Source: a virus. From it: 64,000 bases of DNA. The stretch spans positions 119,756-183,755 of the IMG/VR virus record IMGVR_UViG_3300028388_004019, one strand, 5' to 3'. The notes below the pieces were generated by a model. That model was not told where the DNA came from, did not search any database, and saw nothing but the letters and a program-made list of their open reading frames with translations. Positions 20,793-31,700 of the stretch are shown here, piece after piece. A program made the translations under genes and the position numbers. How positions within the stretch are numbered: position 1 is the first letter of the stretch; each line of letters starts with the position of its first letter.

Positions 20793-21905
20793 ATGTCGAT
20801 TATTATAGAACCACAAAGAACAAAACTTTACACAAGAATTCGTCACCTACTCGGTGCACCTCTAAGAGGTATCGAGATAGAAGATGAAATGATGGATTCT
20901 TTATTGGAATTATCTGTTGAAGATTATTCTCAATACGTAAATGATTGGTTAATTGAATCACAATGGACATCTTTATATGGTCTTAATCAGGATACTCAAT
21001 CTGTTGCTAAAGCACTTATCACACGTTCTTTAGATTGGGAAACTCAATACACTTACGCATATTCTAAGATTGTTGGTTTACAAGCTGGTGGTGATGCTGT
21101 TCTTAAAAAGGACTACATCAACCTACAAAGAAACCAACAAATATATGAAATACCTGCGGGTCGTGAACTTAATGAATTATTATGGTTCACAAGAGCAGAG
21201 TTAGACGCTGCATTCTTCGACCCATTCATGGGTGGTTTTGGAGGATTTGGTGGTATCGGTCTTGGTGGTGGTGCTGGCTTCTCACAAATGGGAGGTCAAG
21301 GAAACTACTTTGTTACACCAGCGTTTGACATCTTATTAAGGATGCAAGACATCAATATTAAAAGAAGACTTATCGGTGGTGAACTTACTTATAGAGTAAC
21401 TGCACTTCCTGAAGGTAAAAAGGCAATACACCTTTATAACGTACCTGGTGGTAAGTTTGATTTTGGTAATATCGCAAACAACGAATACAAAGTATGGTAT
21501 TGGTATTATGAAACAGATGACAGAGAATCTTGTTTAGCCGAAAACCCTGATATTGTACGTTTACCGTCAGATGTTAATTTAGATAACTTAAGATGGGACG
21601 AACTTAACTCACCAGCACAAACGTGGGTTCGTAGATGGTTCACTGCTTACGTTAAAGAAACGTTAGGTAGAGTAAGAGGTAAATTCAGTGGTAATCTAAA
21701 AACTCCTGATTCTGAACTTCAATTGGAATACGATTCATTATTAAGTGAGTCTAAAGATGAGAAGTCTAAATTAGAGGAGGAACTAAAAATGAGATTAGAA
21801 AGACTCCGTCCTGATAAAATGATGGAAGTTAAGGCTAGTCAAGCTGAAAGCTTGAACAAACAACTACAATACAGAGCACTTCCACGACAAATCTATATAG
21901 TCTAA
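20793..21905 (+). CDS. Neck protein / head-tail adaptor (T4 gp13-like)
   Basis: LGAPLRGIEIEDEM...WVRRWFTAYVKETLGRVRGKF...GG-like tail of gp13 homologues. Confidence 0.75.
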   Translation: MSIIIEPQRTKLYTRIRHLLGAPLRGIEIEDEMMDSLLELSVEDYSQYVNDWLIESQWTSLYGLNQDTQSVAKALITRSLDWETQYTYAYSKIVGLQAGGDAVLKKDYINLQRNQQIYEIPAGRELNELLWFTRAELDAAFFDPFMGGFGGFGGIGLGGGAGFSQMGGQGNYFVTPAFDILLRMQDINIKRRLIGGELTYRVTALPEGKKAIHLYNVPGGKFDFGNIANNEYKVWYWYYETDDRESCLAENPDIVRLPSDVNLDNLRWDELNSPAQTWVRRWFTAYVKETLGRVRGKFSGNLKTPDSELQLEYDSLLSESKDEKSKLEEELKMRLERLRPDKMMEVKASQAESLNKQLQYRALPRQIYIV

Positions 21906-21906
21906 T

Positions 21907-22239
21907 ATGGGGATTTTTAAGAGTTATCCTGTTACAAAAATTGTTAACGGGAATACAGTCAAAACTTCTGATGCAATAATCTGTACAAATACAGGATACA
22001 CTACAAATGGTGAAGCGGCAATTATCGTAAAAAATGTGGAACAGTGTGTTGTAACTTTAGATGAAACAACCACTGACCACATTACAATTAAATCTATGAC
22101 TAATGTCACGATTAAAAGTGACAAACTAATTGACGACGAATACAATCAGATTGAGACCGAAAGAGGTGCGTCTGTTGAATTAAGATACGTCGGACAAGGT
22201 TGGTATATTATGTCATCTGATGGACTGAAGAACTCATAA
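21907..22239 (+). CDS. Hypothetical beta-rich protein, probably structural
   Basis: ORF directly coupled to the neck gene. Confidence 0.5.
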   Translation: MGIFKSYPVTKIVNGNTVKTSDAIICTNTGYTTNGEAAIIVKNVEQCVVTLDETTTDHITIKSMTNVTIKSDKLIDDEYNQIETERGASVELRYVGQGWYIMSSDGLKNS

Positions 22240-24967
22240 GTTCTCTATTTTTACTGACATATTCTTCATCCACTAAATCCATAGTACCATCCACATACAT
22301 ATAGTATGGGTCAATACCTACACTATTCCAAAACTTAATCTCAGTATCAGATATGGTTAAAACCTCTTCTAAAGTATCTTGGTCACCTTCACGACGAGGA
22401 TATCCTCTTACCAATTCCGTTTGTGTTTTAGTGAAGAATGGTCTTTGTGTCGGGTCATCTACTAATATTTCATCACGAATGTCTGTCGAGAACACAACCA
22501 ACAAAGGTTCAATACGTTTGTTAAATGCAGCAAGATAACGAGGAACATTATACTCACCCAACATATCGGGTTTTTCAGTAATGTCTTTTTCATTTACGTG
22601 ATAACAATTGAGTACAACTTGGTCTTTTTTCTTTTGTACATCACCGTGAGACTTTCTTTCACCATTATTAACATAGTAGATAGTATCACCCAAACCAACA
22701 GGTAAATCATGTTTCATTGCCAACTCCATATGTGCTTGACGTGACATTAATGAACCTGACTTTGTTCTTTTAGTGATGTGAACTTTATATTCTGCAATAC
22801 TTTGTTTTACACGGGCTTTGTTTGCGATTTTAGAAATAGGAATCTGACGATTATAAATCACATCTACATATTCATAGTAGTACTCTAAGAATTCGTGACC
22901 CTTACCATCTAACAACATACGAAGACCTTTATCCAAAAACTCTGCAACATATGTTGGGAGTTTCTTAGATTTAATCGTATTACCTGTAAGTTTTACCTTA
23001 CCTGAGTCTGTGAGTAGTGCATAGTTCTTACGAGCCACGTTGATAGTTGACGGCCAAACACCATCGGTATCTAATCCCATCTCACCTCTCATAAAGATGT
23101 CATTGTATTCTGCAACATCGGCTTCAGTACCATAATAAGTTTTACCTTCTTTTACCAAACCATTAAGACCCTTACCAACATAACTATGTTCCTCACGACC
23201 AGGAGGGGAAGAGAAGTTAACACCATCCGTATCCATTACCAATGGTTTGTATCCACGAGACATAAACCACATAATCATCTGTCGTAGGTATTGACGACCA
23301 GTACAAGTAATCTGTTCACCCATATCCATGTCACCCCATGGGAATACGTGAGGTGCCGACAATGAACCGAAGAATGCGTTGATGAAAATCTTAATCGGTA
23401 ATTGTTTACGGTTATATTGTGAGGATAGTTTCTTATCCGTTGATGAGTATTCTGCTGCGAGTTGTTTGTATTTTATACGAGTATCACGGAAATACTTCAA
23501 CATACTCTTCATCGCACCTGTAACATCACACTTAGGGAACACGTCGTGAACCAACTGAATAGATGGGTATAGTGACGAGTAGTCAAGTTTTAGTACGTCA
23601 GTGGAGTATCCAACAGCAAGAAGACGAGAAAGTCCACCAGTGAACGGTCTTTTATCCCCTTTTGCAGGAATTGCTAATCCGTTCTTATACGACCACGAAG
23701 CCATAATCATTTTCCATAGTGTGGCGGTTCCCATCGTAGAAAGACGTTCGTAGGTGGTTGGTACCAACTTAGCAAGAAGGAAGTTTGCTTGGTTATATTC
23801 TTCATCTACAACCATTGTTTCCCAAATATCATCGTATAAGTATCGTTCAATGATGTACTTACCATTAACCTCCTCAAACGCACCTGGATAACGTTGCATT
23901 AAGTTTTCAGTACCAGGTGCTCCGACCTCTTTGTAACCACCTGACTTGGGATTAAAGTAGTAGTCCTTATTGTCAAAATAGATTTTACCAATCTTATCAC
24001 CCTGAACATACACACGATTTTCTTTCTCCGCCCCGATGAATTGGGTAATATATTTAAGACCCCAACTCTTAATGTCTGAGTTGATGGCTTGTGCTCTACG
24101 GACCGCATGGGCAATATCAACAACATTGTAACCCCACATCTGCATCTGAGTGTATTCTTCCATCTCGTTTGCCAACTTCAACATTCCGTCCTTTGTACGG
24201 TAGTTTACTTCAGGGTTGAGGGTTTTGATAATCTTCTTTGGGTCCAATCCTAAAATCTCTGCTCTACGAATTAAGAATGGAAAATCGAAGAATGCTGAGT
24301 TGTATCCACCGATAAGTGTTGGTTTGAGGTGATTTACAATATCGAAAAACTCAATGATAAGTTTTCTTTCTTCTTCAGGATTTTCCGCTGACAATACCTT
24401 TTCATATCCTCTATTGTCTTTCATTCCAATAAGGAATATTTCACTATCCTCAGGTGAAAGACCTGTGGTCTCAATATCGAATACGAAACGGTGAACCTCA
24501 TCATATTCGTCAAACCCTTTGAAAAGTCGTTTACCCTTCTGACATAGATATTGTTCTGTCGGTGGTAAAATCATAATATCCCCTGAGTTATCTCTATTCC
24601 ATGGGTCTAATCCACCTCCTTTGAAGAAGTTTACTAAGTTTGAGTATGATTTGGTTGTTTTGACAATATATTTCAAACCTTTCTCCATTCTTTCATCACC
24701 GTGAGTTTCCAATCTTTCGATAAGAATTCCGTGGGTTGACATTGCTTGTTTCTGAGCTGCTTTTGAACCACCATAGAAATTCTTTCCATGGAGGTCTCCC
24801 ACCCATGCAAACGGAATAAATGAGTCTGATTTGATTTGTTTACCCTGAATAGGGTCTTGAATTACTTTGAATATTTTCCCTGAACGGTAGTCATACTCTA
24901 ACGCCACTATATACTTTTCAGGGTCTTCCCCTAATAGGAATTCTTCGATTACTTCTTGTGATACCAT
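22208..24967 (-). CDS. Family B DNA polymerase
   Basis: Exo I FDIET, Exo II YNSAFFD, DYSSLYPS, KIFINAFFG, MDTDG. Confidence 0.95.
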   Translation of the reverse strand: MVSQEVIEEFLLGEDPEKYIVALEYDYRSGKIFKVIQDPIQGKQIKSDSFIPFAWVGDLHGKNFYGGSKAAQKQAMSTHGILIERLETHGDERMEKGLKYIVKTTKSYSNLVNFFKGGGLDPWNRDNSGDIMILPPTEQYLCQKGKRLFKGFDEYDEVHRFVFDIETTGLSPEDSEIFLIGMKDNRGYEKVLSAENPEEERKLIIEFFDIVNHLKPTLIGGYNSAFFDFPFLIRRAEILGLDPKKIIKTLNPEVNYRTKDGMLKLANEMEEYTQMQMWGYNVVDIAHAVRRAQAINSDIKSWGLKYITQFIGAEKENRVYVQGDKIGKIYFDNKDYYFNPKSGGYKEVGAPGTENLMQRYPGAFEEVNGKYIIERYLYDDIWETMVVDEEYNQANFLLAKLVPTTYERLSTMGTATLWKMIMASWSYKNGLAIPAKGDKRPFTGGLSRLLAVGYSTDVLKLDYSSLYPSIQLVHDVFPKCDVTGAMKSMLKYFRDTRIKYKQLAAEYSSTDKKLSSQYNRKQLPIKIFINAFFGSLSAPHVFPWGDMDMGEQITCTGRQYLRQMIMWFMSRGYKPLVMDTDGVNFSSPPGREEHSYVGKGLNGLVKEGKTYYGTEADVAEYNDIFMRGEMGLDTDGVWPSTINVARKNYALLTDSGKVKLTGNTIKSKKLPTYVAEFLDKGLRMLLDGKGHEFLEYYYEYVDVIYNRQIPISKIANKARVKQSIAEYKVHITKRTKSGSLMSRQAHMELAMKHDLPVGLGDTIYYVNNGERKSHGDVQKKKDQVVLNCYHVNEKDITEKPDMLGEYNVPRYLAAFNKRIEPLLVVFSTDIRDEILVDDPTQRPFFTKTQTELVRGYPRREGDQDTLEEVLTISDTEIKFWNSVGIDPYYMYVDGTMDLVDEEYVSKNRELMSSSVHQMT

Positions 24968-25043
24968 AATATTTTCTTTTCGTCTGAGACATTATACTCA
25001 CATCGTAATGATGTGATTACTCTTTGACATTTATACTATGGAA

Positions 25044-25072
25044 ATAATAAGAAGTCTTTCTCTTCTTGTCAA
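25044..25072 (-). promoter_or_regulatory. Sigma70-type promoter of the DNA polymerase
   Basis: TTGACA-N17-TATTAT on the minus strand. Confidence 0.7.
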
Positions 25073-25422
25073 ATGATATTGATATAAAGATTTTCTCTGA
25101 TTGGTGCAATCAGTTCACCCATTGAATTGATGATTGAGAATTCACCTAAGTACCTACCTTTTCTTCTTGTGTCTCTCAAAGACCACTTATAAAAAATATA
25201 ATATTCTTTCGGAGAGTCAGGGTTTTCTTGATTTTTTTCTGTGATAAATGCATTATTCATCACAATTTTTGGTATTCCTGTTGACAGTTCCTTCATGGAA
25301 AATCTGATGGTAGCGTTATCTAAATCCGCATCGAATGTTTTCCATGAGTCTGTTCTACCATCTTTCACCACACTCATCTTGAGTATCGGTAATTCACTGT
25401 TTTGTTTTATAAAGAATTCCAT
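25069..25422 (-). CDS. BppU-like virion attachment-domain protein, paralogue of the N-terminus of 28716..32066
   Basis: MEFFIKQNSELPILK vs MEFFIKKNSTLPKLQ, and G(R)YLGEFSI vs GRFSGFFTV. The start was moved to the ATG at 25422 on the basis of this paralogy. Confidence 0.6.
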   Translation of the reverse strand: MEFFIKQNSELPILKMSVVKDGRTDSWKTFDADLDNATIRFSMKELSTGIPKIVMNNAFITEKNQENPDSPKEYYIFYKWSLRDTRRKGRYLGEFSIINSMGELIAPIRENLYINII

Positions 25423-25445
25423 GTTTATAAATATCCACATAAAGA

Positions 25446-25469
25446 AAAACCCCTCCGAAGAGGGGTTTT
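25446..25469 (-). terminator. Intrinsic terminator with a C(UUCG)G tetraloop
   Basis: Minus strand AAAACCCCUC-UUCG-GAGGGGUUUU. Confidence 0.85.
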
Positions 25470-25490
25470 ATATTTTTATTTATGTTTTGG

Positions 25491-28400
25491 TTATATCGGT
25501 TGTGGTGTCCAATCGTAACTAATTGTGATGTTACTACTTCCCATAGTAAACGTTTCTGAGTCGTTACCTGGTGATAATCCACTATTTGCGGAAATCGAAG
25601 GAACACTTTGTCCTGAGACTGAACCGATACCTTGTGTCTCACCATATATTTGACAACCTGAACCAAGTACACCTTGAGATTCAACGTAGTATATGATAGT
25701 ATCACCTTCGAATACCGTAATTGAGTCGGTACTGTCATTACCATTACCCAATGCCGTGAATGACGACCTAAGAGTACCATTGACGTAAACATTCGCACTA
25801 CCTCTAGCACACGTTGCACTTGTGTAGTTAATATTAATGGTCTTCGGTTGTGCCGACGTTGAAGGAGTTACTGTTGGTGTTCTCGTCGGTGTTCTCGTTG
25901 GTGTTGCACTTCTCGTAACCGATGGTGTCGGTGTTGGAGATGCCGGTGGTGGAGTACTCGTTGGTGTTCTCGTTGGAGTTGCCGAAGGAGTTGGTGTTGG
26001 TAATGCACAGAATGAACAAGAGTCACCGACCGCATCAATAGTGTATGTTGCGGGTTCAGGACTATCGTGAGTTGTGAGTATTTGCCAACATCCTGTCACT
26101 TCTTTAACCGATACGTAATCACCAATTGATGGTACTGAAGAGAATCCTGTTCCTAATACTGCGGTTTGTTGTTGAGCACCTGTCTGACAGTTACCATCAA
26201 CATAATTAATTTCACCAATTATGAACTTATACTCAACACACGGATATGTTTGTTGACAAACAGTACAGTTTGAATAAAGTTCCGCACCTGGATTCCAAGT
26301 TCCATTATCATTTTCAAAGACACCGTCAAGTATTCCCAAGTCAGTAACGTTGTCACCAGCATAAGAGTCACCAATGAATCCAACACAACCATCAAGGACA
26401 CCTGTTTGTCCTTTTAAGTGTAATGATGCACTTCCTTCATCAAGTGCTTGTAAAATTGCTCCGAACTGTGCACTGTTTATACTAATTCTATATACTAAAT
26501 CATCACAACACCCTGACATGTACATCGGGTAGTATACCGTTGAAGGAGTTACCGATGGTGTCACAGACGGAGTCAATGATGTTGATGGGGTAATAGTCGG
26601 TACCGGTGTTGTTGTCGGTTCTGGCGTTTCAGTAGGTGTACTCGTTTGAGTAGGACCTGGAGTACTTGTTGGTTGTGCTGTAGGAGTTACTGATGCTGTT
26701 GGTGTAACAGTTGGCGTTTCCGTTTGAGTAGGTGTCACCGATGCTGTCGGAGTTACCGAAGCTGTTGGTGTTACTGATGCTGTTGGAGTATTAGTTGGTG
26801 TTTCCGTTTGAGTAGGTGTTACTGATGATGTTGGTGTCACCGAAGCTGTTGGTGTATTAGTTGGTGTCACAGTATTACTTGGTGTAACCGAAGCTGTTGG
26901 AGTAACTGATGATGTAGGTGTGACTGATGAAGTAGGTGTATTTGTTGGTGTTACAGTATTACTTGGCGTTACTGAAGATGTTGGAGTTACTGATGCCGTC
27001 GGAGTTACCGAAGCTGTTGGAGTATTGGTTGGTGTTGGTGATTGAGTTGGTGTATTCGTTGGTGTTCTTGACAATGACACTGTTGGTGTAACTGTCTGAG
27101 TAGGAGTATTTGTTGCCGTAACTGTTGGTGTTACCGATGAAGTTACGGATGGCGTTGGAGTATTTGATGCGGTGACCGTAGCGGTAACGGTAGGGGTAAC
27201 TGATGCGGTCACTGTTGCCGTTATAGTTGCTGTCGGTGTCAACGTTGATTGTGGTGTTGTAGACGGTGTTACAGATTGAGTCGGTGTATTTGTTGGTGTT
27301 GAAGTTGCGGTGTTTGTTGGTGTCACAGATGGTGTAACAGAAATCGTTGGTGTTACAGACGCTGTAGTTGTTGGTGTAAATGAAACCGTTGGTGTTGGCG
27401 TTTGAGATACACCAGGCGTATCCGATACTGTTGGTGAAGGAGTATTTGTCGGTGTGAATGATATTGTCGGAGTAACAGTGGCTGTTGGAGTTACCGTTGA
27501 AGTTGAGGTTACTGAAGGGGTTGGTGTACTTGTAGAAGTTGACTGAGGAGTTGCCGTCGGAGTTGGAGTTGTAGTAGACTGTGGTGTTTGTGTAGGTGTA
27601 ACTGTAGATGTAACCGTAGACGTAGGAGTAGGTGTTGAAGTACCACCAGGTGTTTGTGTTGGTGTACTTGTAGATGTAGAGGCGGGTGTTGATGACGGTG
27701 TCACTGAACTCGTTGGTGTTGGTGTCGATGTCCCAGCAGGTGTACTGCTTGGAGTAACTGACGATGTCACTGTCGGTGTAAATGATACTGTCGGTGTTGG
27801 TGTAGCACTTGAACCAGGCGTATTCGATACTGAAACTGTTGGAGTAACAGTTGTCGTGACAGTTGGAGTATTTGATTGTGTCGGAGTATTCGTTGGTGTG
27901 GATTGAGGTGTTGACGAAACAGTCACAGAAGCGGTTGGTGTAGGTGTAGATGTTCCACCTGGTGTTTGTGTAGGAGTGTTTGTAGGCGTTGAAGTGGCAG
28001 TATTCGAAGGTGTGACTGAAGTTGTAGGTGTATTAGTTGGGGTAACATCAGGAGTAGTAGAAATAGTTGGGGTTGGAGTTGCACTAGCACCTGGAGTGTC
28101 AGAGACTGATACTGTTGGGGTGTTTGTCGGTGTTACCGCAGCAGTACCTGTTGGACTCGCAGTGACCGTGGCTGTTGGTGTACCCGTTGATTGTGGTGTT
28201 GATGTTGGTGTAGAAGTTGTTGTTGATGTTGGTGTCGATACTGGAGTTCCTGTTGGACTAGCGGTTACCGTGGCAGTTGGTGTACTCGTAGACTGAGGTG
28301 TTGATGTTGGTGTTCTCGTTGGAGATACTGTTTGAGTAATAGTCGCAGTTAACGATGGAGTCACCGTAGATGTTATCGTGGCAGTTATAGACGGAGTTAC

Positions 28401-28667
28401 GGATGGTGTATTTGACGGAGTAATAGTAGGTGTTACGGTCTGAGTTTGTGTAGGTGTTGGTGTTGGTTGAGCTATAACATACGTATACGATGCTTCATAT
28501 TTTTCAGAGTAAATCGTATATGTTCCATAGAAATAGTTAGTTTCTAAATCTGCGGGCATAACCACAGTACCAAAGTCTGTAACTGTTGAGCCCGTATCTG
28601 CCGTGAATGTAATGTGAACATTTTCACCACTCAGGTTTTCACTAATAAATCTAATTCCTTCTGCCAT
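25491..28667 (-). CDS. Mucin-like Thr/Pro/Ser-rich virion protein with Cys-rich C-terminal domains
   Basis: About 640 aa of TPT/TPS repeats, a second shorter tract, and Cys-rich globular segments. Confidence 0.8.
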   Translation of the reverse strand: MAEGIRFISENLSGENVHITFTADTGSTVTDFGTVVMPADLETNYFYGTYTIYSEKYEASYTYVIAQPTPTPTQTQTVTPTITPSNTPSVTPSITATITSTVTPSLTATITQTVSPTRTPTSTPQSTSTPTATVTASPTGTPVSTPTSTTTSTPTSTPQSTGTPTATVTASPTGTAAVTPTNTPTVSVSDTPGASATPTPTISTTPDVTPTNTPTTSVTPSNTATSTPTNTPTQTPGGTSTPTPTASVTVSSTPQSTPTNTPTQSNTPTVTTTVTPTVSVSNTPGSSATPTPTVSFTPTVTSSVTPSSTPAGTSTPTPTSSVTPSSTPASTSTSTPTQTPGGTSTPTPTSTVTSTVTPTQTPQSTTTPTPTATPQSTSTSTPTPSVTSTSTVTPTATVTPTISFTPTNTPSPTVSDTPGVSQTPTPTVSFTPTTTASVTPTISVTPSVTPTNTATSTPTNTPTQSVTPSTTPQSTLTPTATITATVTASVTPTVTATVTASNTPTPSVTSSVTPTVTATNTPTQTVTPTVSLSRTPTNTPTQSPTPTNTPTASVTPTASVTPTSSVTPSNTVTPTNTPTSSVTPTSSVTPTASVTPSNTVTPTNTPTASVTPTSSVTPTQTETPTNTPTASVTPTASVTPTASVTPTQTETPTVTPTASVTPTAQPTSTPGPTQTSTPTETPEPTTTPVPTITPSTSLTPSVTPSVTPSTVYYPMYMSGCCDDLVYRISINSAQFGAILQALDEGSASLHLKGQTGVLDGCVGFIGDSYAGDNVTDLGILDGVFENDNGTWNPGAELYSNCTVCQQTYPCVEYKFIIGEINYVDGNCQTGAQQQTAVLGTGFSSVPSIGDYVSVKEVTGCWQILTTHDSPEPATYTIDAVGDSCSFCALPTPTPSATPTRTPTSTPPPASPTPTPSVTRSATPTRTPTRTPTVTPSTSAQPKTININYTSATCARGSANVYVNGTLRSSFTALGNGNDSTDSITVFEGDTIIYYVESQGVLGSGCQIYGETQGIGSVSGQSVPSISANSGLSPGNDSETFTMGSSNITISYDWTPQPI

Positions 28668-28715
28668 CGTATATAAATACTTTGTTATTAAATAATGTTA
28701 TTTTTTTTATACATA

Positions 28716-31700
28716 TTATGTGAATCTTGGTAATGTTGCATTGTAGTTAGATAATACCTGTGCCGCCGTCAATGAGATATTATATAGTCTAACAATAGAG
28801 TATCTACCTGCGAACATACCCGTGTTATCAGCACCTGGGTTTTGTTGGCCTAAGAATATGAAATTATCTACATTACTTGATAAATAAGATATACCCCCTT
28901 GAGAATCATTCAATGTTCCATTCACATATAAAGATTGAGTTCTATTAGGGAAGTCCCAAACTAATACAACTTGATACCATAGTCCTTGAGTAAATGTGTT
29001 GTCGGACGTTAATAAATTATTATCCCATATTTTAGCATTAAATCTACCACTAGATGCCGATATTGGTGGCATGTTCCAAGCGGTTTGAGGATTTTCCGAA
29101 GACATTGACATTATATTACCATCATTATCTAAAGGATTTACCCATAGTTCATAAGTGAATGATTGATTTGCAGTACCTGTCCCTGGTACTCTTCCAATCA
29201 ATATATAATCGTTAGACCCGTCAGTTTGTATTGAACCTTGGAACTCAGAATTATAAGTTGGTCCATTTATCAATGTACCGTTATTATTACCCTGTAAATC
29301 TGTCCAAACCGTCCCTGTACCCGCATAAGAATCTTCATTACCCGCGTCCAAATTAACAATTAGATTGTTTACAAATGGTGGTGTTGGTGATGGTGTTACT
29401 GTTCTTGTTGGTGATGGAGTTATTGATGATGTTGGTGTTGGTGTTGAAGTTGCTTGTGGTGTTCTTGTTGGTGTGGGTGTTGGACTCTCCGCGAATGGTG
29501 TTGCCGTGAAGTCCATTGTTGGTGCTGGTGTGTCTGTAGGTGTAACCGATTGTGTCGGTGTAAATGTAGGGGTAACCGTAGAAGTGACTGATGGGGTTAT
29601 TGTTGATGTAACTGTCGGAGTTACTGTCGATTCAGGCGTATTAGTGACGGTCACCGTGGGTGTCACACTTGAAGTTAAAGAAGGTGTTACCGTTTGTGTT
29701 GGTGTAACACTTGAGGTTACAGATGGAGTAACACTCAATGTAATTGATGGTGTCGGAGTATTAGTTGGTGTAACAGACGGAGTGATACTTGGTGTGAGTG
29801 AAGCGGTTACTGTTTGTGTCGGTGTACTCGTTGGTGTAACACCCGGTGTTTCTGATTGGGTAACCGTTGGTGTCACCGTAGATGTTACCGTCGGAGTAAT
29901 AGTACTGGTTGGTGTTATCGTTTGAGTTGGAGTGTTAGTTGGGGTAACAGACGAGGTTACCGATGCGGTTACAGTTTGTGTTGGGGTGTTCGTAGCAGTT
30001 ACTGTTGGTGTCACTGAAGCAGTTACTGATGGAGTAACCGTTTGAGTTGGGGTATTAGTAGGTGTTAATGTTGGTGTGATAGATGCGGTTACTGTTTGAG
30101 TTGGTGTATTCGTTGCAGTCACTGTTGGTGTTACGGATGAAGTCACTGAAGGAGTGACAGTCTGAGTTGGCGTATTAGTTTGTGTGATAGTTGGGGTAAT
30201 CGATGCAGTTACCGTCTGAGTAGGAGTGTTAGTGGTAGTTACCGTTGGTGTTACTGATGACGTTACCGAAGGAGTGACAGTTTGAGTAGGTGTGTTTGTC
30301 GGTGTAACAGATGCGGTTACCGACGAGGTCACTGTTTGAGTCGGCGTATTCGTTGCAGTTACTGTTGGAGTTACCGACGAAGTAACTGACGGTGTAGGTG
30401 TTTGAGTATTTGAAGGAGTTACGGTCTGTGTTGGAGTGTTCGTTGGGGTAACACTCGGTGTTGGTGTGTTTGTCGGAGTTTTAGAAATTGTCAACGTAGG
30501 TTGTGGTGTATTAGTGACCGAAGGAGTTACCGTTTCTCTCGGTGTTCTCGTTGGTGATGGTGTTAATGTTGGTGTTGGGGTATTTGTTGCACTACCAATA
30601 GGTGTTGCCGTTAAGTCCGAAGTCGGGGCAGGTGTACTTGAAACACTTGGAGTTACAGTACCAATAGGTGTCGCAGTTAAATCAACTGTTGGTGCTGGTG
30701 TGTCTGTAGGTTGAGGGGTATTTGTTGGTGTATAAGTTACAGACGGAGTAACAGTTGATTCAGGGGTATTTGTTGGTGTTGGTGTCTGACTAACACCTGG
30801 AGTATCAGAAACAGAAACAGACGGAGTCACTGTATTTGTTGGTGTGACACTACTTGTCGGTGTCACTGTTGAGGTAGGTGTGATTGTTGGGCTTGGACTA
30901 ATATCTGGTGTGATTGTCGGTTGTGGAGTGTTAGTGACAGAAGCAGTGACTGTTGGTGTTACTGATGAAGTATTTGTCGGTGTCGGAGTATTACTTGAAG
31001 TATTTGTAGGAGTATTTGTTGGTGTTACTGTTGAAGTTACACTAGGTGTCGGTGATAAAGTACTTGTTGGTGTATTAGTAGGTGTTACTGTTGAACTAAC
31101 TGAAACTGTAGGTGTCACAGTAGTTGTTTGCGTAACCGCAGGTGTCGATGTTGGTGACGATGTCTGTGTAACAGAAGGTGTAACCGTAGACGTTGGACTA
31201 TTTGTTACCGAAACAGTTGGGGTAACAGTTGAGGTTGGACTTGGAGTTGTACTCACAGAGATAGTCGGAGTCACAGTCATCGTAGGTGTTTGTGTAGGTG
31301 TCGGTGTGTTAGATGACGCTGGTGTAGAAGATGGTGTTGGAGAAGGACTAGCGGTTGGTGTCGGTGTTAATGTAGTCTCGAACTCAAACTTAGGCTCAAC
31401 AACAAATCTAAATTCCGGTGATACAGTTTCAGTATCCACCTTAATATCTTTATAGAAACTACTTCCCTGTACTAAGTTATAGTCTCTATTTGTACGTGTA
31501 ATATAAGTCCCAACTTTTTCTCCCTTAAGGATTTTCAGAATGATATTATTCACAATGTCATTACCATCAGACATGGTAATTGTGTTAGTGAATTTAATTT
31601 CAACTTCAGTATCAACAGGGAATTCGGATGTTGCGGTGTATTTAGAAACCACAGAACCGTCAGTATATTCAGCTGTAAGAGAAATAAAGTTTGTTCTTTT

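Noticed and set aside
17412-24967. Inteins or introns in the helicase or polymerase
   Set aside because: The catalytic motifs are contiguous; no LAGLIDADG or C...HN intein ends were recognised
26540-31375. TxT arrays as ice-binding or ice-nucleation beta-helices
   Set aside because: Pro every 4-8 residues and the lack of a Gly/Cys turn register argue against a beta-solenoid; a mucin/PT linker fits better
25837-31455. Plus-strand Val/Gly-rich ORFs (for example 27976..28296, 29365..29925, 30844..31455)
   Set aside because: They are antisense shadows of Thr/Pro codon repeats, with no independent signals
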